From Nitrospinota bacterium (GTDB taxonomy: Bacteria; Nitrospinota_A; UBA7883; JACRGQ01), in NCBI GenBank assembly GCA_029881495.1, contig JAOUMJ010000020.1, positions 22,230 to 54,229 on the forward strand: DNA of 32,000 bases, written 5' to 3'. This document shows, in pieces, positions 19,154 through 27,140 of this stretch (position 1 is its first letter; every line of letters begins with the position of its first letter). The translations under genes and the position numbers were made by a program. Under the pieces are notes generated by a model, which saw only the letters and a list, made by a program, of their open reading frames with translations, was not told where the DNA came from and ran no database searches.

Positions 19154-20470
19154 TTAAAAAACAAATCCGATACCGACTTCATACGTCGTTCCGCCAAAAT
19201 TGATATGCGATTCGAAATCGCCGATAGGCACCAGTTCGATCCTCTTTTCAGGGATATTCACAAATCCCAGAGAGAAGGAAAAGCGCTCGCTGAATCTAAG
19301 GGTCAGGCCGCTCTTATAGATTTCGGTGTGGTGTTTCATGAACAGCGCCTCGCCAAGGGAGACGTAGTAGTTCCATGTGGAGAAATATTCCTTCCGCAGA
19401 TTTTTTTCATCTACCGGCTCGTATCCCTCACCGGAGAAGAATATCTTGTCGAGCTTTAGGATAAGGTGCCCGTAAAATGCCCCTCCCGCAATGTCGAAGA
19501 ACTCGGGCCTTACGATATTGGCGAAATAATCGAGCCCAACGCCGTATATGATATGTTTGGAGTTCTTCGATTCTCTCAATACCTTGAGGCTAAGAGTAGC
19601 CACCTTGTCGAGATGCTCTGCTGGGAGAGTGGCGGACTTTCTCTCATATTTGTAGCCCCATATGCCGGTCTCCAGAGCAACTTCGTACGGGCGGAGTTCC
19701 TTTTCCTCTTCGATCTCCTCAAAGATGTCCTGGAACTTTCTCGCCCATACGACCTCCCCTGTCTTTGCGTCTACGACCTTGAAATTGAGAAACAGCTTGT
19801 CGTTTTCAACATATACGTTCCAGAGGAAAAAGCCGTCGACCTTTATGTTCTTTGCAATTTCCGCGAGCCGCTGGTTCGATTCCACGGCCCTCAGGATGGT
19901 GAACGTGTTCTCCTTGAGGATGAGCTGGGTCGATTTGCACTCCATGCATTCGAATATCTGGAACCTGCCGGTTTCAAGAAGTTTGCGTGTTAGCCCGTTC
20001 TCGATAAGCTCGTATATCTTCGCTGGCAGCATTTTGTTCTGCTTGTCGGCGTTCCGGTAAAGGGCGATCTTGTTCACGCGCGGACTGATAGATAAAAGTT
20101 CCTCTTTCGAGAAATTCATCGCCATGATAAGCGTCTGAACACGTTCGTAGAGATTCGGGTTTCGCGTCTGCTCAAAGGCCTCACCTGTGAGGAGGCTTTT
20201 TACCGGCTGTCTGTTCCCAGGCTGCGGTGTTGTCCCGGGGAGAGGCGCGGTATCGTCGAATACGGTTTCATCCTGCGGAAGCTCAAGTGGCTCACCATCC
20301 GGTGGAAGCTCGTCTTCAGGCGGCAGTTCTATACTCTTCACCGGTTGAAAGTCGGGTGATGCACCCGCCGGAGGCTCCTGCGCGTATGACAGATTGGCCA
20401 CTAAAAGCGCAAACAATATCGCTGACAACCAGGTATATCTACCCAGATGCAAAACTTTGACGTATTTCAT
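19154..20470 (-). CDS. Secreted outer-membrane-associated protein with CsgG/FlgO-like middle domain and probable beta-rich C-terminus
   Basis: Signal peptide 'YTWLSAILFALLVANLSYAQ'; Pro/Glu-rich linker; 'ELIENGLTRKLLETGRFQIFECMECKST...LAEIAKNIKVDGFFLWNVYVENDKLFLNFKVVDAKTGEVVWARKF'; C-terminal alternating strands 'SGLTLRFSERFSFSLGFVNIPEKRIELVPIGDFESHINFGGTTYEVGIGFVF' ending in Phe. 1-nt gap to the next gene. Confidence 0.6.
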   Translation of the reverse strand: MKYVKVLHLGRYTWLSAILFALLVANLSYAQEPPAGASPDFQPVKSIELPPEDELPPDGEPLELPQDETVFDDTAPLPGTTPQPGNRQPVKSLLTGEAFEQTRNPNLYERVQTLIMAMNFSKEELLSISPRVNKIALYRNADKQNKMLPAKIYELIENGLTRKLLETGRFQIFECMECKSTQLILKENTFTILRAVESNQRLAEIAKNIKVDGFFLWNVYVENDKLFLNFKVVDAKTGEVVWARKFQDIFEEIEEEKELRPYEVALETGIWGYKYERKSATLPAEHLDKVATLSLKVLRESKNSKHIIYGVGLDYFANIVRPEFFDIAGGAFYGHLILKLDKIFFSGEGYEPVDEKNLRKEYFSTWNYYVSLGEALFMKHHTEIYKSGLTLRFSERFSFSLGFVNIPEKRIELVPIGDFESHINFGGTTYEVGIGFVF

Positions 20471-20762
20471 TCATTTATCCCTTCTTGCGTCAAAAAGTAT
20501 GCAGTAATCATTCCAATATTTGAAAATCCCGGAAAAATAACCACATAGAGAGAGGGGAGCGTTAAAAAATTGACGTAAATTCCCTTTTTTACGTAGGAAA
20601 CTTGCTCCAGTTTTATCTCCTTAAAAGAAGCGAGGAGGTGGTGACAATCTCTACAAAAGCGAATTTTCCAAAATTGTGAGGCCAACCTACAAAAAATGTA
20701 GGATATATTTCTCCCTAAACTGAGCATCTTTCTCCCTTTGGTTTGAATGAAACGTAACATAT

Positions 20763-20768
20763 TATAGC
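20763..20768 (-). promoter_or_regulatory. Possible extended -10 element upstream of the motor operon
   Basis: Minus strand reads TTGCTATAATATG (TGnTATAAT). No good -35; about 300 nt upstream of the 20470 start. Confidence 0.35.
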
Positions 20769-21052
20769 AACAAAAGAGCCTTCTCCGCACCCGGCTTCTG
20801 GAAGCCGTTTTCACCCGGTTTGTCGCGATCTTTTCCGAATTTGCCATAGCTGAATAAAGTCTCCCTATAAGCGAGCCCTCGCTGTTCTTTCAAGTCGATG
20901 AGCGAAAATTGCTCTCAACAGCTAGTATACTATTACTGGTAAACAGCGCATTCATGGCAATGAAAATTTGCCCGGGATCTGGAGAAACCGAGTAAATAGA
21001 TCTTTCGTTCTGGAAAATTGAAATTTAACAATTCGAAGAGGGGGGTGGCAAA

Positions 21053-21868
21053 TTGGGATCATCGTCAGTCACGGAAAATTCGTTCCGCGAAACAACGCTT
21101 GGCAAGACAGGGAGGGTAGTTGGAAGGATTGCCGTCTCCGGCGGCTACGGTGTGCCGGCTGGCGCGGTCGAGATGGCGTTCGAGCGGGGGTGCAACTATT
21201 TCTATCACGGTTCATTCCGCAAAAAAGGGATGAATGAAGCGATTAAAAATCTTTGCGCCGCCGGGAAGAGGGATGAGCTTTTCATAGTCGCCCAGGTCTA
21301 TACGAGATGGGGCTGGCAGTTCCGCAGAAGTTTTTACAGCTTCCTAAAGAAAACCGGCCTTGATTATGCCGATGCGCTCTTACTCGGCTGGTACAACTCT
21401 ACCCCCTCCCCGAAGATACTCGACATCTGCGCGGAACTAAGGGAGAAGGGGCTTGTTCGCCATATCGCCATCTCGGGGCACAACAGGCCGGCGTTCCCGG
21501 TGTTCGCCGAGAAGGGTGTCGGAGATATATTTCATATACGGTACAACGCCGCCCACAGGGGGGCGGACTCGGACGTATTCCCGATGCTGAAAGGGGATCG
21601 TCCCGGCACGGTTGCCTATACGGCCACTTCGTGGGGACAGCTGTTAAAGAAGGGGAAAATGCCCGCCGGAGAAATGGTGCCGCGGGCTTCGGACTGTTAC
21701 AGGTTCGTATTGTCGAATCCAAATTTCGACCTCTGCATGACAGGCCCCGCCGACACTGCACAGATGGGGGAGGCTCTCGCCGCTCTTGACCGCGGGGCGA
21801 TGAGCGAGGAGGAGCTTGCCTGGATGCGCCGTGTCGGCGACCATGTGAGTCGTAAGAGTTTCAGATAG
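21053..21868 (+). CDS. Aldo/keto reductase-fold protein (catalytic residues apparently not conserved)
   Basis: 'LGKTGRVVGRIAVSGGYG', 'AFERGCNYFYHGSFRKKGMNEAI', 'KTGLDYADALLLGW', 'LREKGLVRHIAISGHNR'. TTG start with a purine-rich upstream region (GAAGAGGGGGGT). Confidence 0.7.
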   Translation: MGSSSVTENSFRETTLGKTGRVVGRIAVSGGYGVPAGAVEMAFERGCNYFYHGSFRKKGMNEAIKNLCAAGKRDELFIVAQVYTRWGWQFRRSFYSFLKKTGLDYADALLLGWYNSTPSPKILDICAELREKGLVRHIAISGHNRPAFPVFAEKGVGDIFHIRYNAAHRGADSDVFPMLKGDRPGTVAYTATSWGQLLKKGKMPAGEMVPRASDCYRFVLSNPNFDLCMTGPADTAQMGEALAALDRGAMSEEELAWMRRVGDHVSRKSFR

Positions 21869-21876
21869 GTATAGAG

Positions 21877-21916
21877 AACCGGCAGAGGAGCGTATGCTCT
21901 CGCCCCTCTGCCGGTT
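21877..21916. terminator. Strong hairpin between convergent genes, possible bidirectional terminator without a T-tract
   Basis: AACCGGCAGAGG (21877-21888) pairs perfectly with CCTCTGCCGGTT (21905-21916); an alternative inner hairpin is GAGC-GTAT-GCTC. Confidence 0.5.
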
Positions 21917-21922
21917 GATGGA

Positions 21923-22996
21923 TCAGTTTCTGTCCGGTATCGGCGTCGAATCGGTCGACGGCGGGAGTATCGGGAGGACTATATCGGGCATCTTGCCTGT
22001 CAGCGATTTAAGGAACGCCACTATCGCGTCGACGTCGTCCCTTGAGACAGGCTCACCTAGCTGGTAGAGTGCCATATCCTTTACCGCGTCCTCGAGTTTC
22101 CAGTGCCGCCCGTCATGGAAGTAGGGGTATGTCAGCTCAATGTTTCGGAGCGAGGGGATCTTGAAAACATTTTTATCCTCTTCCGCCTTGGTCACGCCGA
22201 ATCGCCCCAGGTCTTCCATGTTTTTCGGTTTTTTTACCACGCCGAATTTCTGGTATCCGTTTCCTCCTACCGCTGGTCCGTTATGGCAACCGGCGCAATT
22301 GATGTTCATGAAGATGCGCAGGCCCTCTTTCTCTTTCTCTGTGAGCGCCTTGTTGTCCCCTTTCAGAAAGCTGTCGAATCTTGAAGGGGTGAGGAGTGTC
22401 CTTTCGAAGGCGCCGATGGCGTTAGCGATGTTTTCATACCTGAGAGGTTCCTTTTCGTTTGGGAACGCCTTTCCGAATCGATAGACATATTCCGGTATCG
22501 AGCCGAGCCTTTTAAGCACGAGTTTTTGAGTTGCCCCCATTTCAACATCGGCTAGTATCGGCCCTTGTGCCTGCGCCTCCACGTCCGCGGCCCGTCCATC
22601 CCAGAACTGGGCGATGTGTAGCGAAGCGTTCAGCACCGTTGGAGCGTTCCTTCCGCCGACCATCCATTTATGCCCGGTGGAGAAAGGGTTGTTATCCACG
22701 CCGCCTGTTGAGAGATTGTGGCACGACGCGCAGGAAAATACATTCGATTTTGAAAGACGCGTTTCGAAGTAGAGCATCTTGCCAAGTTCCAGCTTCTCCT
22801 TGTTGGCCGGGTTTTCGTTTTTAAATACCGGTTTGTCGGGGAGCGGCTCGAAGTATCCGAGAGCCTCATCGCGGAGAGCGGCATCATCCGCGGCATGCGC
22901 GGAATGTATTGGCAATCCGATAAGGAAAACGGTGAAGAGCGCGAAAGACAACAATCTGAGAGGTGTTGGCATGGTGTGTGGAAGCGGCATAATCAT
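21923..22996 (-). CDS. Periplasmic di-heme cytochrome c peroxidase (CcpA/MauG family)
   Basis: Signal peptide ending '...SAHAAD'; heme motifs 'CASCHN' and 'CAGCHN'; 'GGRNAPTVLNAS', 'FWDGRAADVEAQAQGPI'. Confidence 0.93.
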   Translation of the reverse strand: MIMPLPHTMPTPLRLLSFALFTVFLIGLPIHSAHAADDAALRDEALGYFEPLPDKPVFKNENPANKEKLELGKMLYFETRLSKSNVFSCASCHNLSTGGVDNNPFSTGHKWMVGGRNAPTVLNASLHIAQFWDGRAADVEAQAQGPILADVEMGATQKLVLKRLGSIPEYVYRFGKAFPNEKEPLRYENIANAIGAFERTLLTPSRFDSFLKGDNKALTEKEKEGLRIFMNINCAGCHNGPAVGGNGYQKFGVVKKPKNMEDLGRFGVTKAEEDKNVFKIPSLRNIELTYPYFHDGRHWKLEDAVKDMALYQLGEPVSRDDVDAIVAFLKSLTGKMPDIVLPILPPSTDSTPIPDRN

Positions 22997-23138
22997 CTCC
23001 TCAATTTCAATTAATAGCGTGTAAAAGGATCAAATCTCTGGTAAATCTGTCTTTTGATTATACCCGATTTTTACCGGTTTCCCCCCACGTGAGCGGTTTT
23101 CTGACTGTACCCACGCTCCAAAGAGAGGTGAAAATGGA

Positions 23139-24149
23139 TCATTTGATACGCAAAACAGCAGCGCCGTTTATCCGGCTATGTTTCAGGTCGATAAGCGCTT
23201 CGGGCGCTCTTTCGAAAGGGTAAGGTTTTATATCGGTCTTTACGGGGATCTCGGCAGATGCCCTTAACAGCTCGATGCCGTCGCTCCTCGTCGAGGCTGT
23301 TACGGAGAGTATCCTCTTTTCGTTGAAGAGATGTTTCTCATAATCCATGCGCGGAACATCGTCGACATATACCCCGGCTAGCGCGAGAGTTCCCCCCTTG
23401 TCTAGCTTCTCCATCGCTTTTGGAATGAGCGAGCCGGCGGGGGCGAAAGATATCGCGGCGGAAAGAAGAGCGGGGGATGGATCATCGGCAGAGCCTGCCC
23501 AGACGGCTCCAAGTTTCATGGCATGTTCCCTGTGCTCCTTTGAACGGGTGAAAACATAAACGTTCGCGCCGCGGTGTATCGCTATCTGGATAGCAATGTG
23601 CGCCGATGCGCCGAAACCGAAAATGCCGAGCGTCTCTCCGCTCTTAATTTCCGAGAGTCTAAGCGCGCGATAGCCTATTATCCCAGCGCAGAGAAGGGGG
23701 GCGGCATGTAGGTCGTCAAAGTGGTCAGGAAGGGGGTATACGAAATCTTCCGGCGCGGTGATGTATTCGGCGTAACCGCCGTTGGAGTGGAAGCCGGTGA
23801 AGCTGATAGAATCGCACAGGTTCTCAAGGCCACTGCGGCAGTATCCGCACTTCCCGCACGCGGAACGGAGCCATGCGATGCCGACCCTTTCCCCCGGCTT
23901 GAATCTTTTTGCGCTTTCACCGTTCCCTGAAACCTTGCCTACTACCTGGTGGCCGGGGATGATCGGGAGCGTCGGGAGAGGAAGCTCCCCCTCCACGGCG
24001 TGAAGGTCGGTATGGCAGACTCCGCAGGCGGAGATTTTAATCTGCACCTCCCCCTTTCCAGGCTCCGGTTTTTCGACCTCGCGCAGTGCAAGTTTTTTTT
24101 CTTCCGCGGGTGCGGTCTCTTCGATAAGCCACGCCTTCATTTTTCCCAT
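23139..24149 (-). CDS. Zinc-dependent alcohol dehydrogenase (MDR family)
   Basis: 'CGVCHTDLHAVEGELPLP', 'PIIPGHQVVGKV', structural-zinc Cys cluster 'CGKCGYCRSGLENLC', 'GIFGFGASAH'. Confidence 0.93.
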   Translation of the reverse strand: MGKMKAWLIEETAPAEEKKLALREVEKPEPGKGEVQIKISACGVCHTDLHAVEGELPLPTLPIIPGHQVVGKVSGNGESAKRFKPGERVGIAWLRSACGKCGYCRSGLENLCDSISFTGFHSNGGYAEYITAPEDFVYPLPDHFDDLHAAPLLCAGIIGYRALRLSEIKSGETLGIFGFGASAHIAIQIAIHRGANVYVFTRSKEHREHAMKLGAVWAGSADDPSPALLSAAISFAPAGSLIPKAMEKLDKGGTLALAGVYVDDVPRMDYEKHLFNEKRILSVTASTRSDGIELLRASAEIPVKTDIKPYPFERAPEALIDLKHSRINGAAVLRIK

Positions 24150-24325
24150 GAATGCTATTTTATCAGGCGGAGGCGCCGAATGGTCAGGAGCATGCGGACG
24201 GATTTGGAAATTGAAACACCCCTTCCGCTTTCATTCCAGAAAGGAGTGAGGGAGCAGGGGGCAGAGAGATATTCGCTTCTTATCTATTATCTTTGTCCGG
24301 CGGCGCGATTTGGGGGAGCGACGAA

Positions 24326-25150
24326 TTACAAAATTGACGCCAGGTCCCTCTTTAGCGATTTGGCGAATTTCCCTTCGCCGAGCTCTTTTCCTTCAAACTC
24401 GGCGCAGTAGCGCACCAGCGACAGGGAGTTCGTGAAAAAGATTTCATCGGCATCGAGAATATCAGATTTTCGAAACGCCCCTTCGCTTACTTCGATCTGC
24501 ATCCGCCGGGCGAGGTCGATAATCTTTTCTCTCGTTATTCCTGGGAGTATTCCGCATTCAAGCGACGGTGTGCAGAGGGTTTTCCCTTTCGCGAAAAAGA
24601 TGTTGGAGAATACCCCTTCGGCGAGCTCATCTCTTGTGTTCACGAAGAGTAGTTCATCCATCCCTTGCTCCTTGCCTTTCATCCAGGCGTGGACATTTGA
24701 AAACCTCGATGTTGTTTTGTGTTTCACCGCCGGGTCGTCGGCGTTTGACGGCCAGGGGGCGAATTTTGCTTTCAGCGGGTCTGCGGGGGTTTCACTCTCG
24801 GAGCCGATTATTGCGAAAGTGCAATCCAGGGGGATATCGCCGAAGCTCCCCTTTTCGGATGTTCCGCGTGAAAGCGTTATCCGAAGAAATCCGTTTTTGA
24901 TGCCGTTGCTTTCGATAAGCGTATCGATATGTTTTATCATCCTGTTCTTGCCGGGATATCCTATGCGGGCGAAGTGGGCGGAGTTCTCCATCCTTTTCAG
25001 ATGTTCGGATATCCATACCGGCATGTAGTTTTTCACCTTCACGGTTTCGAAAAGGCCGTCCCCGAGCGAAAAGCTTCTGTCTTTGACGTTCACCGAATGA
25101 TCGTCCACCAGTCTCAGTTCGCCGTTTACTATCGAGTAGGTTCCAGACAT
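24326..25150 (-). CDS. pabC: Class IV aminotransferase, probable aminodeoxychorismate lyase
   Basis: 'SLGDGLFETVKV', 'TTSRFSNVHAW', 'DELLFVNTRDELAEGVFSNIFF', 'CGILPGITREKII'; overlaps the pabB-like gene. Confidence 0.8.
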   Translation of the reverse strand: MSGTYSIVNGELRLVDDHSVNVKDRSFSLGDGLFETVKVKNYMPVWISEHLKRMENSAHFARIGYPGKNRMIKHIDTLIESNGIKNGFLRITLSRGTSEKGSFGDIPLDCTFAIIGSESETPADPLKAKFAPWPSNADDPAVKHKTTSRFSNVHAWMKGKEQGMDELLFVNTRDELAEGVFSNIFFAKGKTLCTPSLECGILPGITREKIIDLARRMQIEVSEGAFRKSDILDADEIFFTNSLSLVRYCAEFEGKELGEGKFAKSLKRDLASIL

Positions 25151-26541
25151 TTTTGCGTGTCGCCTTTCTTTTGAAGTTCAAGGAGCACCTTCGCCTTGTA
25201 TCCTGTTTCGGCGAATTCCTGTTCAGGGTCGGAATAGGCTGTGATTCCTCCGCCTGTTCTGTATTCGGCCTTGCCGTTGGCGATGGTCAGAGTGCGTATA
25301 AGTATCGACGCGGTAATGTTTCCATTGATACCGCAGCAGGTCAAGGCTCCGCAGTAGAAACCTCGCGGGGTAGTTTCGAGTTCCTGAATGATCTCCATCG
25401 ATTTTATTTTTGGCGCGCCGGTTACGGAGCCTCCGGGGAAGAGCGCTCTGATGATCCGGGGGAAAGATATCTCATTTTTCAATTCCCCTTCCACGGTTGA
25501 TACAAGGTGGTGAACTGTCGGAAGCGATTCGCAGTTGAAAAGGGAGGAGACCTTTACCGATCCGGGGGAGCAGATCCTTGAAAGGTCGTTTCGCATAAGG
25601 TCGACTATCATCACGTTCTCCGCCTTGTCCTTTTCGGAGAGCTTTAGAATATTTTTATTTTGCGCGTCGATGTCTGGATCTTCGGACCGGGGAGATGTCC
25701 CCTTTATCGGTTTTGTCGTGATGTGATTTCCTTCCGTCCTGAAAAAAAGTTCTGGGGACATTGAAATGAAGTGGAAATCGCCTCCATTTATATACGCGCC
25801 GAAAGATGACGGGTTTATAATTGCCAGATCCCTGAAAAGGGAAAGCGGGGAGCCTTCAAACAAGGCTGTGAGCCTGCGGGAGAGGTTTACCTGGTATGCG
25901 TCCCCCTCGGCTATTCTACTTTGTATATCTTTTATCTTGCGGATGTAGTCTGCCTTGCTTTCATCGCATTCAAACGGGGAGATGAAATACTGTTGCTCCT
26001 GTTCGGCGGAGTTGTTGTCTTTTGAAACCGGATATTCACCGGTGAACGAGACGTCGTGCGCCTTTGATAAAAGGGAATCAAAAATGCGGACGGTGGCGTA
26101 CATTCCGCACCAGAGCGGAGCTTCGCCTGCTCTGTTTTTTCGCGCGGGGAGCTTTTCGAAACGGCGATTTAGCTCGTACGGCAGAAGGAAGACAAGGCCG
26201 CCGTCGAAGCAGGGGATGGATGATTCCTCTTTCGGCAGATGCCGGTGCAGGATATCGATGACTTCTTCCGGCGATGTTCTGAAAGTAAAGGTCTCGCCGC
26301 CATATTTCAGGAGCGTTTCCCCTTTCTCTGCCGATATGGTGAAGAGAGGTTTTACCGCCGCGATGGAGAATCTCCCGTTTCCGGAAACGGAATCGCCGCC
26401 AAGGAGCAGGATATCCCCTTCGGCTCCGGTCTCAATAGAGTTGAAGTACTCCATTGGGTCGTTGTAGGGGACTTCGGTCACGATCCGTCTCCCTAAAAGC
26501 GGGAAAATATCCGCGACCTTTTTTTCGAAAGCGTCAGTCAT
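25129..26541 (-). CDS. pabB: Aminodeoxychorismate synthase component I (chorismate-utilising enzyme)
   Basis: 'GDAYQVNLSRR', 'PELFFRTEGNHITTKPIKGTSPR', 'ENVMIVDLMRNDLSRIC', 'FPGGSVTGAPKIKSMEIIQELE', 'YCGALTCCG'. Confidence 0.9.
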   Translation of the reverse strand: MTDAFEKKVADIFPLLGRRIVTEVPYNDPMEYFNSIETGAEGDILLLGGDSVSGNGRFSIAAVKPLFTISAEKGETLLKYGGETFTFRTSPEEVIDILHRHLPKEESSIPCFDGGLVFLLPYELNRRFEKLPARKNRAGEAPLWCGMYATVRIFDSLLSKAHDVSFTGEYPVSKDNNSAEQEQQYFISPFECDESKADYIRKIKDIQSRIAEGDAYQVNLSRRLTALFEGSPLSLFRDLAIINPSSFGAYINGGDFHFISMSPELFFRTEGNHITTKPIKGTSPRSEDPDIDAQNKNILKLSEKDKAENVMIVDLMRNDLSRICSPGSVKVSSLFNCESLPTVHHLVSTVEGELKNEISFPRIIRALFPGGSVTGAPKIKSMEIIQELETTPRGFYCGALTCCGINGNITASILIRTLTIANGKAEYRTGGGITAYSDPEQEFAETGYKAKVLLELQKKGDTQKCLEPTR

Positions 26542-26616
26542 TAGAAATATTTGCCCTTTCCTATCAGTGGCTGTGATATTAACATAACGGGTAATAGATT
26601 ATGTAATGGAGATGAT

Positions 26617-27129
26617 ATGGGGAAAATCGCCTGGGGTATAACCGGCGCGGGGCATATGCTGAGGGAGAGCGCCGACGTTATCGGTAGAGCAGGAGAGGCC
26701 GATGTATTCGTCTCTCCGGCAGGGATAGAGGTAGTTTCCATCTACAAGGTGCCGCTCCCCTCAAAGCCGCTTTCCGACAGGTCGGCATCCACCGTAGCAG
26801 TGAAAGGTTTCTTCACAGGGAAATACGATCTGCTGGTAATTTCGCCTGCTACGTCCAATTCGGTCGCCAAGTTTGTCTGCGGGATATCCGATTCTCTTAT
26901 CACGAACCTCTTCGCGCAGGCCGGGAAGGCGAGAGTACCGATAGTAGTGTTCCCCACCGATCTGGAAGAGGTCGTTGAATCGACCGGCGCGACGAAGCCG
27001 GTCAAGGTATTTCCGCGTCCGGTGGATCTTGAGAACACGGCGAGATTGAAAAGTTTTCCCGGCGTTACCGTAGTAGAGAATATAGCGGAGCTGGAAGGGG
27101 CGATAAAACGGGCAAGGGGGCTGACATAG
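26617..27129 (+). CDS. HFCD-type flavoprotein, resembling archaeoflavoprotein / dihydromethanopterin reductase (acceptor)-like proteins
   Basis: 'IAWGITGAGHMLRES...VFVSPAGIEVVSIY', 'YDLLVISPATSNSVAKFVCGISDSLITNLFAQAGKARVPIVVFPTD'. ATG at 26617 follows TAATGGAGATGAT (RBS-like), so the track start at 26551 is probably too early. Confidence 0.75.
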   Translation: MGKIAWGITGAGHMLRESADVIGRAGEADVFVSPAGIEVVSIYKVPLPSKPLSDRSASTVAVKGFFTGKYDLLVISPATSNSVAKFVCGISDSLITNLFAQAGKARVPIVVFPTDLEEVVESTGATKPVKVFPRPVDLENTARLKSFPGVTVVENIAELEGAIKRARGLT

Positions 27130-27140
27130 TAATCTCCCTG

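Larger units (their letters stand above)
14852..20470 (-). other. Candidate five-gene non-canonical motor operon (OM protein / TPR lipoprotein / MotA / MotB / FliF-FliG chimera)
   Basis: Same strand, intergenic gaps of about 0, 1, 25 and 7 nt; all products are predicted envelope or ion-motor components. Confidence 0.75.

Noticed and set aside
20467-20847. 126-aa minus-strand ORF overlapping the motor operon start
   Set aside because: Composition is not protein-like (MANSEKIATNRVKTASRSRVRRRLFCCYN...), it spans hairpins and a promoter-like element, and shows no recognisable domain.
20785-20855. Minus-strand sequence 'TGGCAAATTCGGAAAAGATCGCGACAAACCGGG...AGAAGCCGGGTGCGG' superficially resembling a c-di-GMP-I (GEMM) riboswitch
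   Set aside because: The core 'GACGCAAAGCC' is not present (reads GCGACAAACC), the tetraloop stem is only ~2 bp, no closing P1 helix was found, and the best -10 element lies downstream of it. An Infernal search with RF01051 would settle it.
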